Positions 36,773-49,396 of a stretch of 64,000 nucleotides of DNA are shown piece after piece. The position numbers were made by a program, and so were the translations under genes. Numbering within the stretch: position 1 is the first letter of the stretch; every line of letters begins with the position of its first letter. The notes below the pieces were generated by a model. It was given only the letters and a program-made list of their open reading frames with translations, did not search any database and was not told the origin of the DNA. The stretch lies in assembly GCA_963514005.1 (NCBI GenBank), contig OY740788.1:87420001-87484000 (forward strand). The letters run 5' to 3'. The stretch is from Raja brachyura. Its lineage: Eukaryota.

Positions 36773-38019
36773 TATGGAGGAGCTGCAGATGCTGACCTAA
36801 ACCGAAGACAGGCACAAAAAGCCAGAGTTACTCAGCGGGTCAGGCAGCATCTCTGGAGAAAAGGTGATGTTTTGGGTTGACACCGAAGAAGGGTCTCAAC
36901 CCGAAACGTCACCTATTCCTTTTCTCCAGAAATGCTGCCTGATCGGCTGAGTTACTCCGGCTTTTTGTGTGTCTTCAGTCTAAAGAAGGACCCCGACCTA
37001 AAATGCCATGAAAATATCCTGTACAGTTGCTGCTGACCATTTGATTTCCTGCAACACTTTGCTGTTTGCTCGAGACCTCAGCACAAGATCACCTTTCAAG
37101 CTCAAGTTCAAATGTTCAAGAGAGTTTATTGTCATGTGTCCCTGATAGGACAATGACATTCTTGCTTTGCCTCAGCACACAGAACATAGTAGGCATTTAC
37201 TGCAACCTTTCACGAGAAAATGGGGGTAGAGTACGCGTGGGTCGGCTAGGAGAGGGTCCTTCAATGTTCTCTGTTCTTTCAGCAGGCAATGGTTTTGTTA
37301 ATACTCCCTTTCTTTGCTTCCTCTTTCAGAAAAAAAACCACAGCGTTTCACACTCCTCTGTAACATTTCACCTGCTCCAGGCAAGATCATTCTCAGCTAA
37401 TTTGCAATGAAATCGCGCAAAGGGCTTCCAGTTTAGAGTGGTCGACAGCTGCCAGTGTGGAAGGTAAACAGTGGCAGAGCTGAGTGAGACACGAAAGCTA
37501 TTAGCATATTTAATTAATCCAGATCAACATAGTAATGGAAAACATCTTGTACAATGGAGCAAGCAACCCCGGCAGTCTACTGTAATCCGATGAAGCAGCT
37601 GCTTAGTTTGATACGACGGGAATTAATCCCAACCAGAGACGAGAAAGAGCCCAAAAACAGTGCGATGAGATCCACGATGAAGATAATCCAATACATGCAG
37701 ATGCTGGAAATTTGAAACAATGAACAAATGATGCTGGGAACACTAGGCAGGTCAGGCAGCATTTGTGGAGGGGGAAACAGAATTAAAGGTTCAGGTCCAG
37801 GTGCCTCAGTGGATTCGTAGAGCCCTAGAGCAAGGCAACAAGTCCTTCCTCCCAACTCATCCATGCAGGAGAGTTTCCAGCTGTTCTGACACCTTCCCTA
37901 ATGTAAAGGCACAGAGTATTCACTCCACTATGTGGGTCAATGAAGGGAAAGAGAGTAGGACCTTCAGGCAACTCTTCAAACAAAATGTCTTTAAATACAT
38001 CGCCATTAATCAAATTCTC

Positions 38020-38275
38020 CACTAAGACCCCGGGTTCGATCCTGACGTTGGGTGCGGGCTGTGCTTCCTGTGACTGCGTAGGTTGTCTCCTGAAGCTCCG
38101 GTTCCGTCCACAATTCAAAGACGTGCAGCTTTGTAGGTTAATTGGCTTCTGTAACTTGCCCATAGTGTGAAGGATGCAAAAATGGAGTAACTAATGTATG
38201 GGCGATCGATGGTCAGTGTGGACTCAGTGGGCTGAAGAGCCTGTTTTCACACTGAATCTCTAACTTAAAATTAAA
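38020..38275 (+). mobile_element. V-SINE, partial
   Basis: gacccgggttcgatcctgac B-box region, degenerate core, and gggctgaagagcctgtttt tail. Confidence 0.65.
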
Positions 38276-38518
38276 TAAACAAATGTTTTAGAAAATCATT
38301 TTTAAATAATCCTTTTCACACAGTTGCCCATTTCACCCAACAGCAATGAACAATTAATTGTACTGGATAATAGACTACTCAATTTGTGCTACATGAGGTC
38401 GGTAACCTTCCTTCTGGGTCTATCTTAGCTGCGTCCCTTTTCATCCCTTCTCTCCTCCAAATAAGATACATTTTAGATTGCCCTATGTCTTCTCCATTAC
38501 CTATCTAAACCCGAGTCC

Positions 38519-39136
38519 AAGAGCAGGGAGGTTCTACTGCAGTTGTACAGGGTCTTGGTGAGGCCACACCTGGAGTATTGCGTACAGTTTTGGTCTCCTA
38601 ATCTGAGGAAAGACATTCTTGCCATAGAGGGAGTACAGAGAAGATTCACCAGACTGATTCCTGGGATGGCAGGACTTTCATATGAAGAAAGACCGGATAG
38701 ACTCGGCTTGTACTCGCTGGAATTTAGAAGATTGAGGGGGGATCTCATAGAGACTTACAAAATTCTTAAGGAGTTGGACAGGCTAGATGCTGGAAGATTG
38801 TTCCCGATGTTGGGGAACTCCAGAACAAGGGGTCACAGTTTAAGGATAAGGGGGAAGTGTTTTAGGACCGAGATGAGAAAATCATTTTTCACACAGAGAG
38901 TGGTGAGTCTGTGGAATTCTCTGCCACAGAAGATAGTTGAGGCCAGTTCGTTGGCTATATTTAAGAGGGGGTTAGATGTGGCCCTTGTGGCTAAAGGGAT
39001 CAGGGGGTATGTAGAGAAGGCAGGTACAGGATACTGAGTTGGATGATCAGCCATGATCACATTGAATGGCGGTGCAGGCTCGAAGGGCTGAATGACCTAC
39101 TCCTGCACCTATTTCCTATGATTCTATGTTTCTATG
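38519..39136 (+). mobile_element. CR1-A 3' fragment
   Basis: ORF 38543-39037 plus tail. Confidence 0.9.
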
Positions 39137-39426
39137 GGTCCTCGGTGTGTTTGATTCACTAAGGTTCAGGCTGGGACATGTCTAGTGGTGTCCAGTTTTA
39201 GCCAGTATGCACCTGGACACACTCAATGGAGGATGCCATTTCTCATCCAGGAGGCAGCATTGTGGGTTTGGCTTGGAGAATGAAGTTGGTCAGGGATCAG
39301 TGGTAGAGCACATGGAGAGTAGTGATCACCATATTATAACGTTTAGATTGGTAATAGAGAAGATAAAGGGAATCTAAAATGTATCTTATTTGGAGGAGAG
39401 AAGGGATGAAAAGGGACCCAGCTAAG

Positions 39427-40016
39427 ATAGAAACATAGAGCCCTTCGAGCCAACACCACCATTCAATATGATCACGGCTGATCATCGTAAATCAGTACCC
39501 CGTTTCTGTTAGGCCTAAGAGCTCTATCTAACTCTCTCTTGAAAACATCCTGTGAATTGACCTCCAATGCCTTCTGTGGCAGAGAATTCCACAGATTCAC
39601 AATTCTCTGCATGAAAAAGCTTTTCCTCATCTCAGTCCTAAATGGCCTACTGCGAATCCTTAAACTGTGATTCCTGGTTCTGGATCACAGAACCAACATC
39701 AAGAACATTTTTCCTGCATCTAGCCTGCCCAATCCCTTAATAATTTTATGTTTCTATAAGATCCCCTCTCATCTTTCTAAATTCCAGCCATCCCGGAAAT
39801 TAAACTGGTGAACCTACGCTGCATTACCTCAATAGCAAGAATGACCTTCCTCAATTTAGGAGACCAAAACTGCACACAATACTCTCGGTATGGTCTCATG
39901 AGGGCCCCGTACAACTACAGTAGGACCTCCTTGCTTCTATACTCAAATTCTCCCACTATGAAGGCCAACATGCCATTTGCTTTCTTCACTGTCTGCTGTA
40001 CATGCATGCTTACTTA
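39427..40016 (-). mobile_element. Older CR1 3' fragment
   Basis: Minus-strand match to the CR1 C-terminal region and 3'UTR, with deletions. Confidence 0.75.
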
Positions 40017-40539
40017 AATCTTACTAACCTGTATGCTTAGATAAAGCTGAACCAAGTACGTGTAGGTATAATTGTAATGGAACAGAAGGTAGACACAAAA
40101 TGCTGGAGTAACTCAGCGGGACAGGCAGCATCTCTGGAGAGAAGGAATGGGTGAGGTTCAGGCCGAGACCCTTCTTCAGACTGATGACCATTGGAAACCA
40201 TTAACGACCCGATGTTTCCAACGTAAGTTATGTGTTTTCCCACAAAAGGGGAACATTGGCGGCGCAAGAGTCACCTTAAGGTGGAAATGATGGTGAAAGT
40301 CAATGGGGAGAGGCATGATGCATGTCACGTGGATAATACAAATGATAGCCCGGCTGAATAAACACCATTGAAAAGGGAAGTGAAGAGAGAGAGAGAGTAT
40401 TGGAACAGAGTGACAGTTAGCATAAAAGGGAATCCAAACATTCTCTGTGGGAACATAAATAATGAGAAAGCATTAACAGAAAAGGTGGTGGCAATGAGCA
40501 ATAAAGAAGCACAGAGACAGGAGACTTGTAATGGGGAAT

Positions 40540-40807
40540 GGGCACCTGGGCACCTGGGCACCTGGGCACCTGGGCACCTGGACACCTGGGCACCTGGGCA
40601 CCTGGGCACCTGGAGACCTAGACACCTGGGCACCTGGGCACCTGGGCACCTGGGCACCTGGGCACCTGGAGACCTAGACACCTGGGCACCTGGACACCTG
40701 GGCACCTGGGCACCTGGGCACCTGGGCACCTGGGCACCTGGGCACCTGGGCACCTGGACACCTGGGCACCTGGGCACCTGGACACCTGGGCACCTGGGCA
40801 CCTGGGC
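40540..40807. repeat. 8-bp minisatellite (GGCACCTG)n, ~33 units
   Basis: Tandem ggcacctg with gacacctg and gagaccta variants. Confidence 0.97.
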
Positions 40808-42439
40808 AAGCATTAGAAATACAAGGGATCAGTGGACATGCATGGATCTCCCAAAGTGCATTTGATACAGGCAATATAAACCAAACCATACCATGCTAGA
40901 GAGGTGGGATGAACATAGAAGGAACATTACACATGGCTATGAGCTCCTAAGTGTTTTTTTGACATTAACAATAGGTGCGATAGTCATGACAATGGCAGAA
41001 TGAATATTGATAAGGAGCAGGTATGAAAAAGACTGGGTCTAGTTAGAGTGAATAAGAGGAGGATGTGGATGAGAATATAAATGGATCTCACTTTGGGAAA
41101 GGACATTGAGCTAGAATATTCAGGGAGGGGGACAACACCATTTGGAACAAATGACCATCAATAAGTAACAGTGTTTGGTGTCTTAGTTGCTTTAAAGGTA
41201 GGTCAATCCACAGGCTGTGATAGGATGCATGAGAGGATATTGCTGGAGCCCCGACAGACAGAGACTTTCAAATCCTCTCTGGCCATGGGTGAGGCGCTGG
41301 ATAATTCACGATGATGGCAAGTACATTGGAAAAGGTCAAACAGGGCAAGAAAACGTCTGCTCTACAACACTCCCTGAGGCCTTGCCATTTACTGTGAAGG
41401 ACCTGCCCTGAATTGACTTCCCTAAAATGGACCTTGTACTTCTCTGAATTAAACAGTTTGCCATTGCTCAGCCAACTTGCCCAGCTGATCAAGATCCCAT
41501 TGTAATTCTTAATAACCATCTTCAGGGTCAACAATAGGAAATATTTAGGTATCATCTGCTAACTTACTAATAATGCCTTATACATTCTCATCCAAATTGT
41601 TGATATAGTTGATAAACAGTAATGTACCCAAAACAGTATGTACCCACCACTAGCCACAGGCCTCTAATCCGAAAAACAACATTCCATCACCACCCTCTGC
41701 TTCCGACCACAAAGCCAATTATGTATCCAGTTCTCTAGCTCTCCCTGATCCCATACACTGTGATCTTCTAGAGCAGCTTGCTATGTAGACTCTTATCAAA
41801 GTCCTTGCTGAAGTCCAGATATGCCAGGTCTACCACCCTGCCTTCATTTAGCTTCTTGGTTAGTTCCTCAAAAAACGCAAACTGGTGATAGATGATCTCC
41901 CATGTACAAGACCATGCTGACCATCCTAATCAACAGCTTTCTTTCCAAATGTATGTACATCTTATCCCTCAGTATCCTCCCCATTAACTGTTGCACCACA
42001 GATGTCAGGCTTATTGATCTGTGGTTCCCAGTTTTTGTCTTTGCAGACCTTCTGAAACGGAGGCACGACATTAGTTTTCAGTCTACCATCATCTCATCCG
42101 TGTTTAATGATTCTTATATTTCGGCCAGTATTTCTTTTTCTCTAGCTTCTCACAGTTTACCTATCCCACAGCCAACAATGGACCATTGTGGGCTCCACAT
42201 TTCCTTGATTATCGTTGCTTTCTGCATAATTTCCATTCATTTGCCTTCAGTGGTGTCTATATCTCTCCATTCCACTGTCCCCTTGACTCTCTATCTGAAG
42301 ACGATTCTCAACCCGAAACGTCACCTATTCCTTTTCTCCAGAGATGCTGTCTGATCCGCTGAGTTAATCCATATTTTTGTGTCTGTCTTTGGTTTAAACC
42401 AGCATCTGCAGTTCCTCCCTACATGGGCATCCCTACAGC

Positions 42440-43545
42440 ATGGCCTTCATAGTGAAAGAAATTTGAGTCCTACAAGGAAGTCCTACTGCAGTTGTACAGG
42501 GCCCTGGTGAGAGTATTGTGTGCAGCTTTGGACTCCTAATTTGAGAAGGACATTCTTGCCATTGAGGGAATGCAGCGTAGGTTCACCAGGTTAATTCCTG
42601 GGATGGTGGGACTGACATATGATGAAATAATGGATCGACTGGGCTTATATTCACTGGAGTTTAGAAGGATTTAGAGGGGATCATGTAGAAACATCTAAAG
42701 TTCTTAAGGGATTGTTCAGGCCAGATGGAGCAAAAATGTTCCTGATGTTGGGGGAGTCCAGAGCCAGGGGTTACAGTTTATTTTATAAGGGGTAGGCCAT
42801 TTAGGACTGAGATGAGGAAAAACGTTTTCATGCAGAGAGTTGTGGAATCCTCTGCCACAGAAGGCAGTGGAGGCCAATTCACTGGACGTATTCAAGAGAG
42901 AGTTACTGTTGATATAGCTCTTTGGGCTAAACGGAATCAAGGGATATGGGCAGAAAGCAGGAACGGGGTATTGATTTTGGATGATCAGCCATGATTTACT
43001 AGAATGTTGCCTGGGTTCCAGCAACTAAGTTACAGAGAAAGGTTGAACAAGTTAGGTCTTTATTCTTTGGAGTGCAGAAGGTTAAAGGGGGACTTGATTG
43101 AGGTCTTTAAAATGATGAAAGGGATAGACAGAGTTGACGTGGATAAGCTTTTCCCATTGAGGGTAGGGAAGATTCAAACAAGAGGGCATGACATGAGAAT
43201 TAAGGGACAGAAGTTAAGGGGTAACATGAGGGGGAACTTCTTTACTCAGAGAGTGGTGGCTGTGTGGAATGATCTTCCAGCAGAAGTGGTGGAGGCAGGA
43301 TCGATTTTAACATTTAAAAGTAAAGTGGATAGGTATATGGACGGGAAGGGAATGGAGGGGTATGGTCTGAGTGCAGGTAGATGGGACTAGGGGAAAATAA
43401 ATGGTCGGCACGGACTGGAAGGGCCGAGAAGGCCTGTTTCCGTGCTGTAATTGTTATATGGTTATATGGTTATGATCATATTGAATGGCGGTGCTGGCTC
43501 GGTGCCGAATGCCCTATTCCTGCACCTATTTTCCATGTTTCTATG
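42440..43545 (+). mobile_element. CR1 3' fragment with a nested CR1-B (42994-43471) in its 3'UTR
   Basis: The host 3'UTR breaks at gatcagccatgat| and resumes atgatcatattgaatgg. Insert ORF 43004-43390 is near-identical to 553-900. Confidence 0.88.
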
Positions 43546-44619
43546 TGTCAACATGTTCTTGGATATATCAGCCTAAGCCCAGGAAGATGAAGGATTTATA
43601 TTGGTAAAATATACTATGAGTATCAGGGGGCATCAGTGCTAGGAAGCGTTCAGTACTTTGCCTAAAGGGACCAGAAGTGGTCTACTAGGCTTCTGCTTCT
43701 GGTTCCCACTTGTGAGACTGCCACTGATTGGCAAATAGAAACAAATGTTTATTGGGACATGGGTAGGAAGTGTAAAGAATGATAAAAAGATGTTTTGGAA
43801 GAGCACGCAGTGGTGTTATTGGCAGGTGAGGAAATGCTTGTTTTGCAAACACCGCCTGTGATGCTGCCTAAACAACATTGGCTGAGTTTGAGTGTAGAGT
43901 AACAATAAACCAACATTACATTAGCTCTCAGTTTCTTGATCAATGCTACATTTGCAGGAGAGTCTGCTGCTCAGCAGGGTGGCTGGCTCCTGGTATTCCT
44001 TTGTGTATCTGGCTCTCTCTTGTTCCTTGTTTGCCTAATCCCCACTGGGCCCACAAATGTACCATTCACCATGCTACCTCACCGCTGCTTGGCTCGAGCA
44101 CAGAATCAAGGAATTCCTCAATGAATAAGTTACTCAAAACACAAGTTATGAGAACAAACAGACTCACAAGAACCTTGACGTGAAACAGGAAACTAAATGC
44201 TGACTCTGCAGCCCAAAGTGAGGATTAATGATGTTTCAGTATGAAGGGAAGTCTCAGACCGTACTTCCCTCCCTGGATTTCTGACTCCTATTTAAAACCG
44301 TGCTCCGTCAATTCCTTTGACCAAGTGTTTGGACATCTTCCCCAATACCTTCTTCTCCTTGGGGTAGAGTTGAGGGTCAAAATTTCTGTAAAAATGCTTA
44401 TAAAATATCTTGAGATCAACATTGTGTTTCTGCTGGACACAAAGCCCAGCATCCGGGCAGGCTGAGTAGTTTAGGCCCGGGCGTGCTGGACTTTGCGCTG
44501 GGTGCTGGACTTTGCACGTGTCTGCACTTTGGGGAACAAAGAGGAGGGCTTGCCCTTCTGTGACACCCCAACCGCACGCTCTTGCACCACATAGGCCAAG
44601 GGAGCACGATTGATTGAGG

Positions 44620-44774
44620 AAGTGATCCTCAGACTGGTGTAACCCCGGGAGGAAATGGGGGCAGCAAAGTGCGTTGGAAGTCAATGATCGATGTGCCCTG
44701 CAATTCACATTAACTCTCGCAGCTAGCGGGGCTCTTCATCGGAGCACGAGCCAAGTGATCTGCCGCTAAGAGTT
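44620..44774 (-). pseudogene. 5.8S rRNA pseudogene (dispersed rDNA fragment)
   Basis: Reverse complement reads aactcttagcggcagatcacttggctcgtgctccgatgaagagccccgctagctgcgagagttaatgtgaattgcagggcacatcgatcattgacttccaacgcactttgctgcccccatttcctcccggggttacaccagtctgaggatcactt. This is colinear with vertebrate 5.8S rRNA over ~155 nt, with many substitutions. Confidence 0.92.
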
Positions 44775-45771
44775 GTCGAAGAGGTTTCTTTGGGCTTTTT
44801 GAGTACCGTGTCACCTGCCTCAGGACCTCCATGGTGCTGCTGCTCTTCCTGCCCCTTGTGACCACTTCCAACACCCTCCTCCTCCCCAGAACTGGGGTCA
44901 GGAGCATGAGAGGTAGGTGGGTAGGTAGGGCAAGGTAAGGAGGTTGAGAGAAGGCAAGAGTAAGAGCGAGCGAACGAAAGGGAAGCAAGAGAACCAACTA
45001 GCGGACGGCCCAGGACCAAGGTCTCTCCTTGTCCACCACCGCGGGGAAAGGACCCCCATCCGGGGGTGGCCCTCTTGCACATTTACGCGTACCTCACATT
45101 GATACACACGGAGTGGGAAAAAAACGTCCGAAGAAGGGTCTCGCCCGAAATGTCACCCTTTCCTTCTCTCCAGAGATGCTGCCTGGCCCGCTGAGTTACT
45201 CCAGTTTTTTGTGTCTATCTTGAGATTAACATTAATGGAGCCAGATAAATGCAAACTGTTTTGCTGAGAGGCCGTTACAGGCTGGCACCCAATCCCCTCT
45301 GAGTTTAGAGTTTAGAGATACAGCGCACAAACCAGACTTGCTCCCAGACCAATGGACTTGTAAAGTCATCCTTGCCAATATCTGGGGATGTGTTCAGTTC
45401 AGGAGACCAACAGCCTGATATAGACCTACTCAGTCTGAAAAAGGGTCTCGACCCGAAACGTCACCCACCGAGTCAGCGCCGACCAGCGCTCACCCCGTAC
45501 ACTGACTACGGAGAATTACAGACGTTTGAAGAAGAAATCTGATGTCCTTAACTGGACAGGTAACGCCACACTCACATCATGTAGTCACTCTTCTATATGC
45601 CCTCAAGTGTCCATGTAAGCCACCAGACTTCAACCGAGGAGGAACAAAACTGGATGAATTCGAACATGGCATACTTGCTCCCAGACCAATGGACTTGTAA
45701 AGTCATCCTTGCCAATATCTGGGGATGTGTTCAGTTCAGGAGAGCAACAGCCTGATATAGACCTACTCAGT

Positions 45772-45799
45772 CTGAAGAAGGGTCTTGACCCGAAACGTC
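45772..45799 (+). ncRNA. Minimal hammerhead ribozyme motif (Penelope pLTR)
   Basis: CUGAAGA-A-GGGU(CUUG)ACCC-GAAA-CGUC. Confidence 0.6.
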
Positions 45800-46034
45800 G
45801 CCTATCTCCTTCGCTCCTTAGATGCTGCTGCTGCACCCGCTGAGTTTCTCCAGCCTTTTGTGTACCCTCGACCTACTCAGTCTCTACAGCCTGATGTAGA
45901 TCTACTCAGTCTCTCAAGACTTCCCCCATCGTGTCCCACATGTGGGGCCCACTAGTGAAGGTGGCTCAGTGTGCAAAAGCTGACTGGAGTGACCCTCAGT
46001 GCTGAATGTCAGTGCCGGACCTCATGAAAGGTGA

Positions 46035-46552
46035 GAGGACTCTGTGATTTACGGACTGTTCCCAGGGACACGTTCAGAGACTGACATCAAGTGCTGCTGG
46101 AGGGTTATCAACTCGGTGAAAGACGCTCTCTGGTCTGCCCGAGCGTTGTTCACCACCCAGCAGAGCGAGATGTCCGTCGGGGAATGTTGCCGACTGGCCC
46201 ACTGCAGACTGCAGGAGTACGTACTGAGGGACGCACTGAAGCTCGGTGCAGCCAACGCCAAGGCTCGGTGGGGGAGGGCCACAGTCTAAGGTCCTTCCGC
46301 TGCTGGACATGGGGGGCACGGTATGGTGGAGACGCCCCTCAAAATAAGGGAGGGTTTCCCACGCCAGAGGGCCACATGAGTGGCACGGGTGGGGGATCGA
46401 TTAGTAAAATTTGAAAAATTTGAAAAATGTATATAGACTGCATGGAGACATTTGTATAGCCTCCGAAAATGTCGGATGGATTTTTTTCGCACGGTTGATG
46501 TATTGTAAATATTTATTACTTGAATAAAGTCTATTTTGAAATTTAAAAAAAA
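46035..46552 (+). mobile_element. Tx1/L1-clade LINE 3' fragment with poly(A) and TSD
   Basis: ORF 46044-46289 (YGLFPG...CCWRVINSVKDALWSAR...EYVLRDALKLG), aataaa plus A-tail, and TSD atgaaaggtga at 46024-46034 and 46553-46563. Confidence 0.85.
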
Positions 46553-49106
46553 ATGAAAGGTGAAACACGGCAAGGAAACCTCCTGATATCCACATCCCCT
46601 CCTCCCTCTGCTGACCAATTACTGCTCATCCAGGTTGCACAACACATGGAAGAAGCACTGGGAGAGGACAGACACAGAACGCAGTCCGGCTGGGGACCAG
46701 TGTCCATCATTGAGTGGTTTCATAACATCACCATTCACCGGGCTGGCTGTGTCCTGAAGAACAGAGCTGTCGGACTGCATCTGCGGCAGGCAGCCTGTGA
46801 CCAAGAGCAAGTGTAGACTACTGGCCTCATCCTCACTGGCCTCCCTGTGACAGACGCACCTCGTCAGCTCAGCAGTGGTAGAAGTGACCGCTACACAGCT
46901 CTGGAGGAGACAGTCACAGTGGACCCCCTCCGTTGGGTCATGTGGGACTACAAGTACTCTGAATAGGACAGGTATCGTACAGATCCAACAGCGCAGAACT
47001 AGACCTCTGAGTGTAGACACAAAATGCTGGAGAAACTCAGCGGGACAGGCATCATCTCTGGAGAGAAGGAACGGGTAACGTTTCGGGTCGAGACTCTTCC
47101 TTTACCTAGGACTGCTGAGTGACTGCCCTTGAAATTAAGCCAATGTTTGATCAAGTAAAAGTAAATGTCCATTTACGTGGACTGATGTCCAAGTGAACGA
47201 ACATCAGTAAGAAAGTAGGTGTCCTGGATTGAATCATAGCCCATGCAAAGGAAGATTGTCATGGATGTTGGAGGTCCATCACCTCAGTCCCAGGACATCA
47301 CTGCAGGAGATGCATGGGGAAGAAATCTGCATTTATTAACTGGACGTAACTCCACACTGACAGCACGTAGTGCCTCTTAAATAGTTGCTCAGGGCAGTAT
47401 CCTGGCCCCAACCTTCATCAGCTGACTCATCATTGGCCATCCTTCCATCATAAGGTGGGTGTGTTCACTGATATTCCATTCCATTCACAACTTCTCAGCA
47501 AGTGAAGAAACCCCTGCCTACTGCAAGACCTAGACAACATTAATGGGCTGGTGAATGACAATTAAAGTTTGTGGTATAGAAGAGCTACCTAATGACCATC
47601 TAGAGCGAGATGGTCAGGCAGCACCTGCGGATGGAATGGACAAACACCATTTCAGGTCATGGCCCTTTGTCAGTTTGGTTTAGACCATCCTCCAAATCGT
47701 TGCCTGTCCATTTGCCTCCATAGATGCTGCCTGACCAGCTGAGTCCTACAGAACTTTATTTATTTCTCAAGACTCCAGCATCTGCAGTCTCTTGTATCTC
47801 TTGTGTTATCCAGTTGCTCAGGACAACCCAAAAAACACCCTTGCATTTCATTCGCACCTCCGTGGCAAGGGAATATTCTCTGAGATAGTAATGGTCCCAT
47901 TTCCAAAGCAACGTGACAAGACCCTCCCTGGAAGACCTGAGGAGATTGCCTTATGATAATGAGGCATTCTGCCAAGTAGACTTTACCAGTCACCTTGAGG
48001 ACCACTCTACATTACCCATTGTCTATTGTTCCCACAAGGCTCCTGCCAGCTCAACCCTTTTCCTGAGATCAGTGACCCACCATGATGATGTTTGTCTCCA
48101 TGTTCATCCCTGGGAGCTGGCTGTAGAACTGCCTGGGACGAAGCTTGGTAAGAAACACTGTGTACTTTCTCAGACCAACATGTAAATGGCTTTCCTGGAG
48201 AAAAGTAATAGGTGACGCCTGATGAAGGGTCACAACCCAAAACATCACCTACTCCTTTCCCCAGAGGTGCTGCCTGACCCGTTGAGTTACTCCAGCATTT
48301 TGTGTCAGTCTTCGGTGTGAACCAGCATTTGCAGTTCCTTCTTACACATGCAAATGGTTGCGACTTTTTCCAATGGTTACCCGGTGACACACCGGCCACC
48401 ATCAGAGATCTAAAATCAGTGAAAGGGGCATTGATTGCATCTGCGTATGGCAGTGGATGTGGGTCGATGAGATGGATGGATGGGAAGCTGGCAAGGAGCA
48501 TTCATGTTGAGTAAACAGAACTCACTGGAGCGTGGAGCACTGTGAATGATGTGCTGGTAGAAACATGTAACACTTTTTTAAAAAGTCAATAGTAATTAGG
48601 CAATTAGCGTCAAAATTCCAAGGAGACTGGGCAGGCTTTCAAAGATGTCAATAACATACCCTCCAGTGAGCTAGGATTTCCCATTAAGAAGGAAACTAAA
48701 ACCCCTGGCCCTCAAAACCTGACTCACTGCTTAGTCATCCCAACAACACAGCCCTGTATTCTGACTCCAGACTCTATTGAACGGAACAATGGACAGCATC
48801 GTCACTGCCATCAGCCACGCCGACACATGGCATTCACCTTCACATTGCAATCTCTGTGGTGTTGCAGCATTCAGCTCATCCAACACAAGGAACACTTTTC
48901 CACTTATGGAGATCCGATGTCAGCATCAAAACATTCAAGGGCAAATTAAATGAAGGCTTAAGTAGAACAGACGGTGCCAAACCTTCCCAAGGCAGGCCGA
49001 GCACAGCCTGCACACAGAGTGAGGCCAACCCTACACTGCCCTGGACAATCATCCTGCGGGTTAGACACGGGGAGAAGCTCCCCATACAACATCCTGTCCC
49101 ACACTC

Positions 49107-49314
49107 GCGGTCCCTGGAGAGGAAACACACGGTGTCCATGGGGACTCTGTGAACGCTGGTCACATTCTACGGGAGGTTGAGTGTATTATTGATAAAGTTC
49201 CTGATATTTTAATTTGATAACATTTTCTAAACTGCCATTATAGGCAGTCTCTGATCGTGTCACAACTGTGTGGTTCTGTGTGTTTTGAATAAAAGCATTT
49301 TGTATTAAAAAAAA
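49107..49314 (+). mobile_element. Tx1-clade LINE (second family) 3' fragment
   Basis: tccctggagaggaaacacacggtgtccatggggact matches ~52744-52778; gaataaaa...A8 tail abuts gggcagggat. Confidence 0.7.
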
Positions 49315-49396
49315 GGGCAGGGATAATCAGCCCCTGTTTGTGTACTTGAAGGGGCAACTCCTCACGTGTTGGCTGCATTTCAGCCCCACGTTCCTA

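Noticed and set aside
40325-40889. Repetitive ORFs (APGHLGTW / PRCPGAQV)n
   Set aside because: Stop-free translation of an 8-bp minisatellite; no coding evidence.
44620-44774. Functional 5.8S rRNA gene
   Set aside because: Numerous substitutions and indels in conserved positions, and no neighbouring 18S/28S.
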